A stretch of 64,000 bases of DNA from Candidatus Nomurabacteria bacterium (GTDB taxonomy: Bacteria; Patescibacteriota; Minisyncoccia; Phycocordibacterales; CAIZLB01). The stretch is from contig CALRFG010000005.1 in assembly GCA_943356525.1 (NCBI GenBank), positions 2,921 through 66,920 on the forward strand. Reading direction: 5' to 3'. This document shows, piece by piece, positions 63,365-64,000 of this stretch. A program made the translations under genes and the position numbers. The notes below the pieces were generated by a model that was given only the letters and a program-made list of their open reading frames with translations, did no database searches and was not told where the DNA came from. The stretch's first letter is position 1, and each line of letters starts with the position of its first letter.

Positions 63365-64000
63365 ATGGCCAACATCTCACCTAAAAAGCAAAAAACCCTA
63401 CTACTATTAGACTCACATGCTATTATTCATCGTGCCTACCACGCTGTACCTGATTTTAGAAATTCGCAAGGGGTACCAACAGGTGCCTTGTTTGGCATAA
63501 TTAACATGCTTTTTGGTATCTTAGAAAAATATAAGCCTGATGCAGTGATAGCTTGCTATGATTTACCTCACCCGACGTATCGTCATGAGATATATGAAGC
63601 TTATAAAGGTCACAGAAAGAAAAGTGATGATGATCTTATTACACAGATAAAAAGTTCTCGTGAGATTTTTCAAGATCTGTGCATCCCAATGTATGACAAA
63701 GCTGGTTTTGAAGCCGATGATATACTGGGAACCATAGTTCACAAAGTAACATCTGATGGACACAATCAGGATGAAGAATATAAAGTTATCATTGCTTCAG
63801 GAGACATGGATACTATGCAACTTATAAAAGGTGATCAAGTTTTGGTTTATACTTTGAAAAAAGGTTTAAATGACACTATCATCTATAACGAGGAAGCTGT
63901 GATTGCAAAATATGGTATGAAACCGATACAACTTATTGACTACAAAGGTTTACGAGGAGATACGTCGGACAATATCATCGGGGTTCCTGGTGTTGGTGAA
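63365..64000 (+). CDS. polA: DNA polymerase I, 5'-3' exonuclease domain (truncated by window edge)
   Basis: Manual translation LLLLDSHAIIHRAYHAVP...YKGHR...FEADDILGT...SGDMD...GLRGDTSDNIIGVPGVGE. Confidence 0.9.
   Translation, partial: MANISPKKQKTLLLLDSHAIIHRAYHAVPDFRNSQGVPTGALFGIINMLFGILEKYKPDAVIACYDLPHPTYRHEIYEAYKGHRKKSDDDLITQIKSSREIFQDLCIPMYDKAGFEADDILGTIVHKVTSDGHNQDEEYKVIIASGDMDTMQLIKGDQVLVYTLKKGLNDTIIYNEEAVIAKYGMKPIQLIDYKGLRGDTSDNIIGVPGVGE

Overview
AT-rich bacterial chromosome segment in standard code 11. Gene content (Parcubacteria-style type IV pilin, N-terminally extended L7/L12, 23S-5S unlinked from 16S, intron in 23S) suggests a CPR/Patescibacteria (Parcubacteria-like) genome; this is an inference. 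Positions 1-13.5 kb form a mobile defence island: serine recombinase, PLD-helicase plus type IIG R-M, a c4/CI-like antisense-switch leader, a TerS-like HTH, a ParB-MTase, a solitary retron-type RT behind a ~330-nt structured and probably pseudoknotted ncRNA, a PEP-CTERM protein, and interrupted tRNA 3'-end fragments at the right edge. Positions 18.5-29.3 kb hold an unusual operon: Tat-signal protein, phage-fibre-like repeat protein, lysozyme-like protein, tatC/tatA, one dockerin and two cohesin proteins. The rest includes redox genes, a 1360-aa protein with a C-terminal Pol-beta nucleotidyltransferase, translation genes (rluA-type, rplS, truB, rplJ, rplL, trmD), 23S rRNA with a group I intron, 5S rRNA, a HEPN/MNT toxin-antitoxin pair, rodA, a giant surface protein, secDF and the start of polA. 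All calls come from reading motifs by eye; no searches were run.
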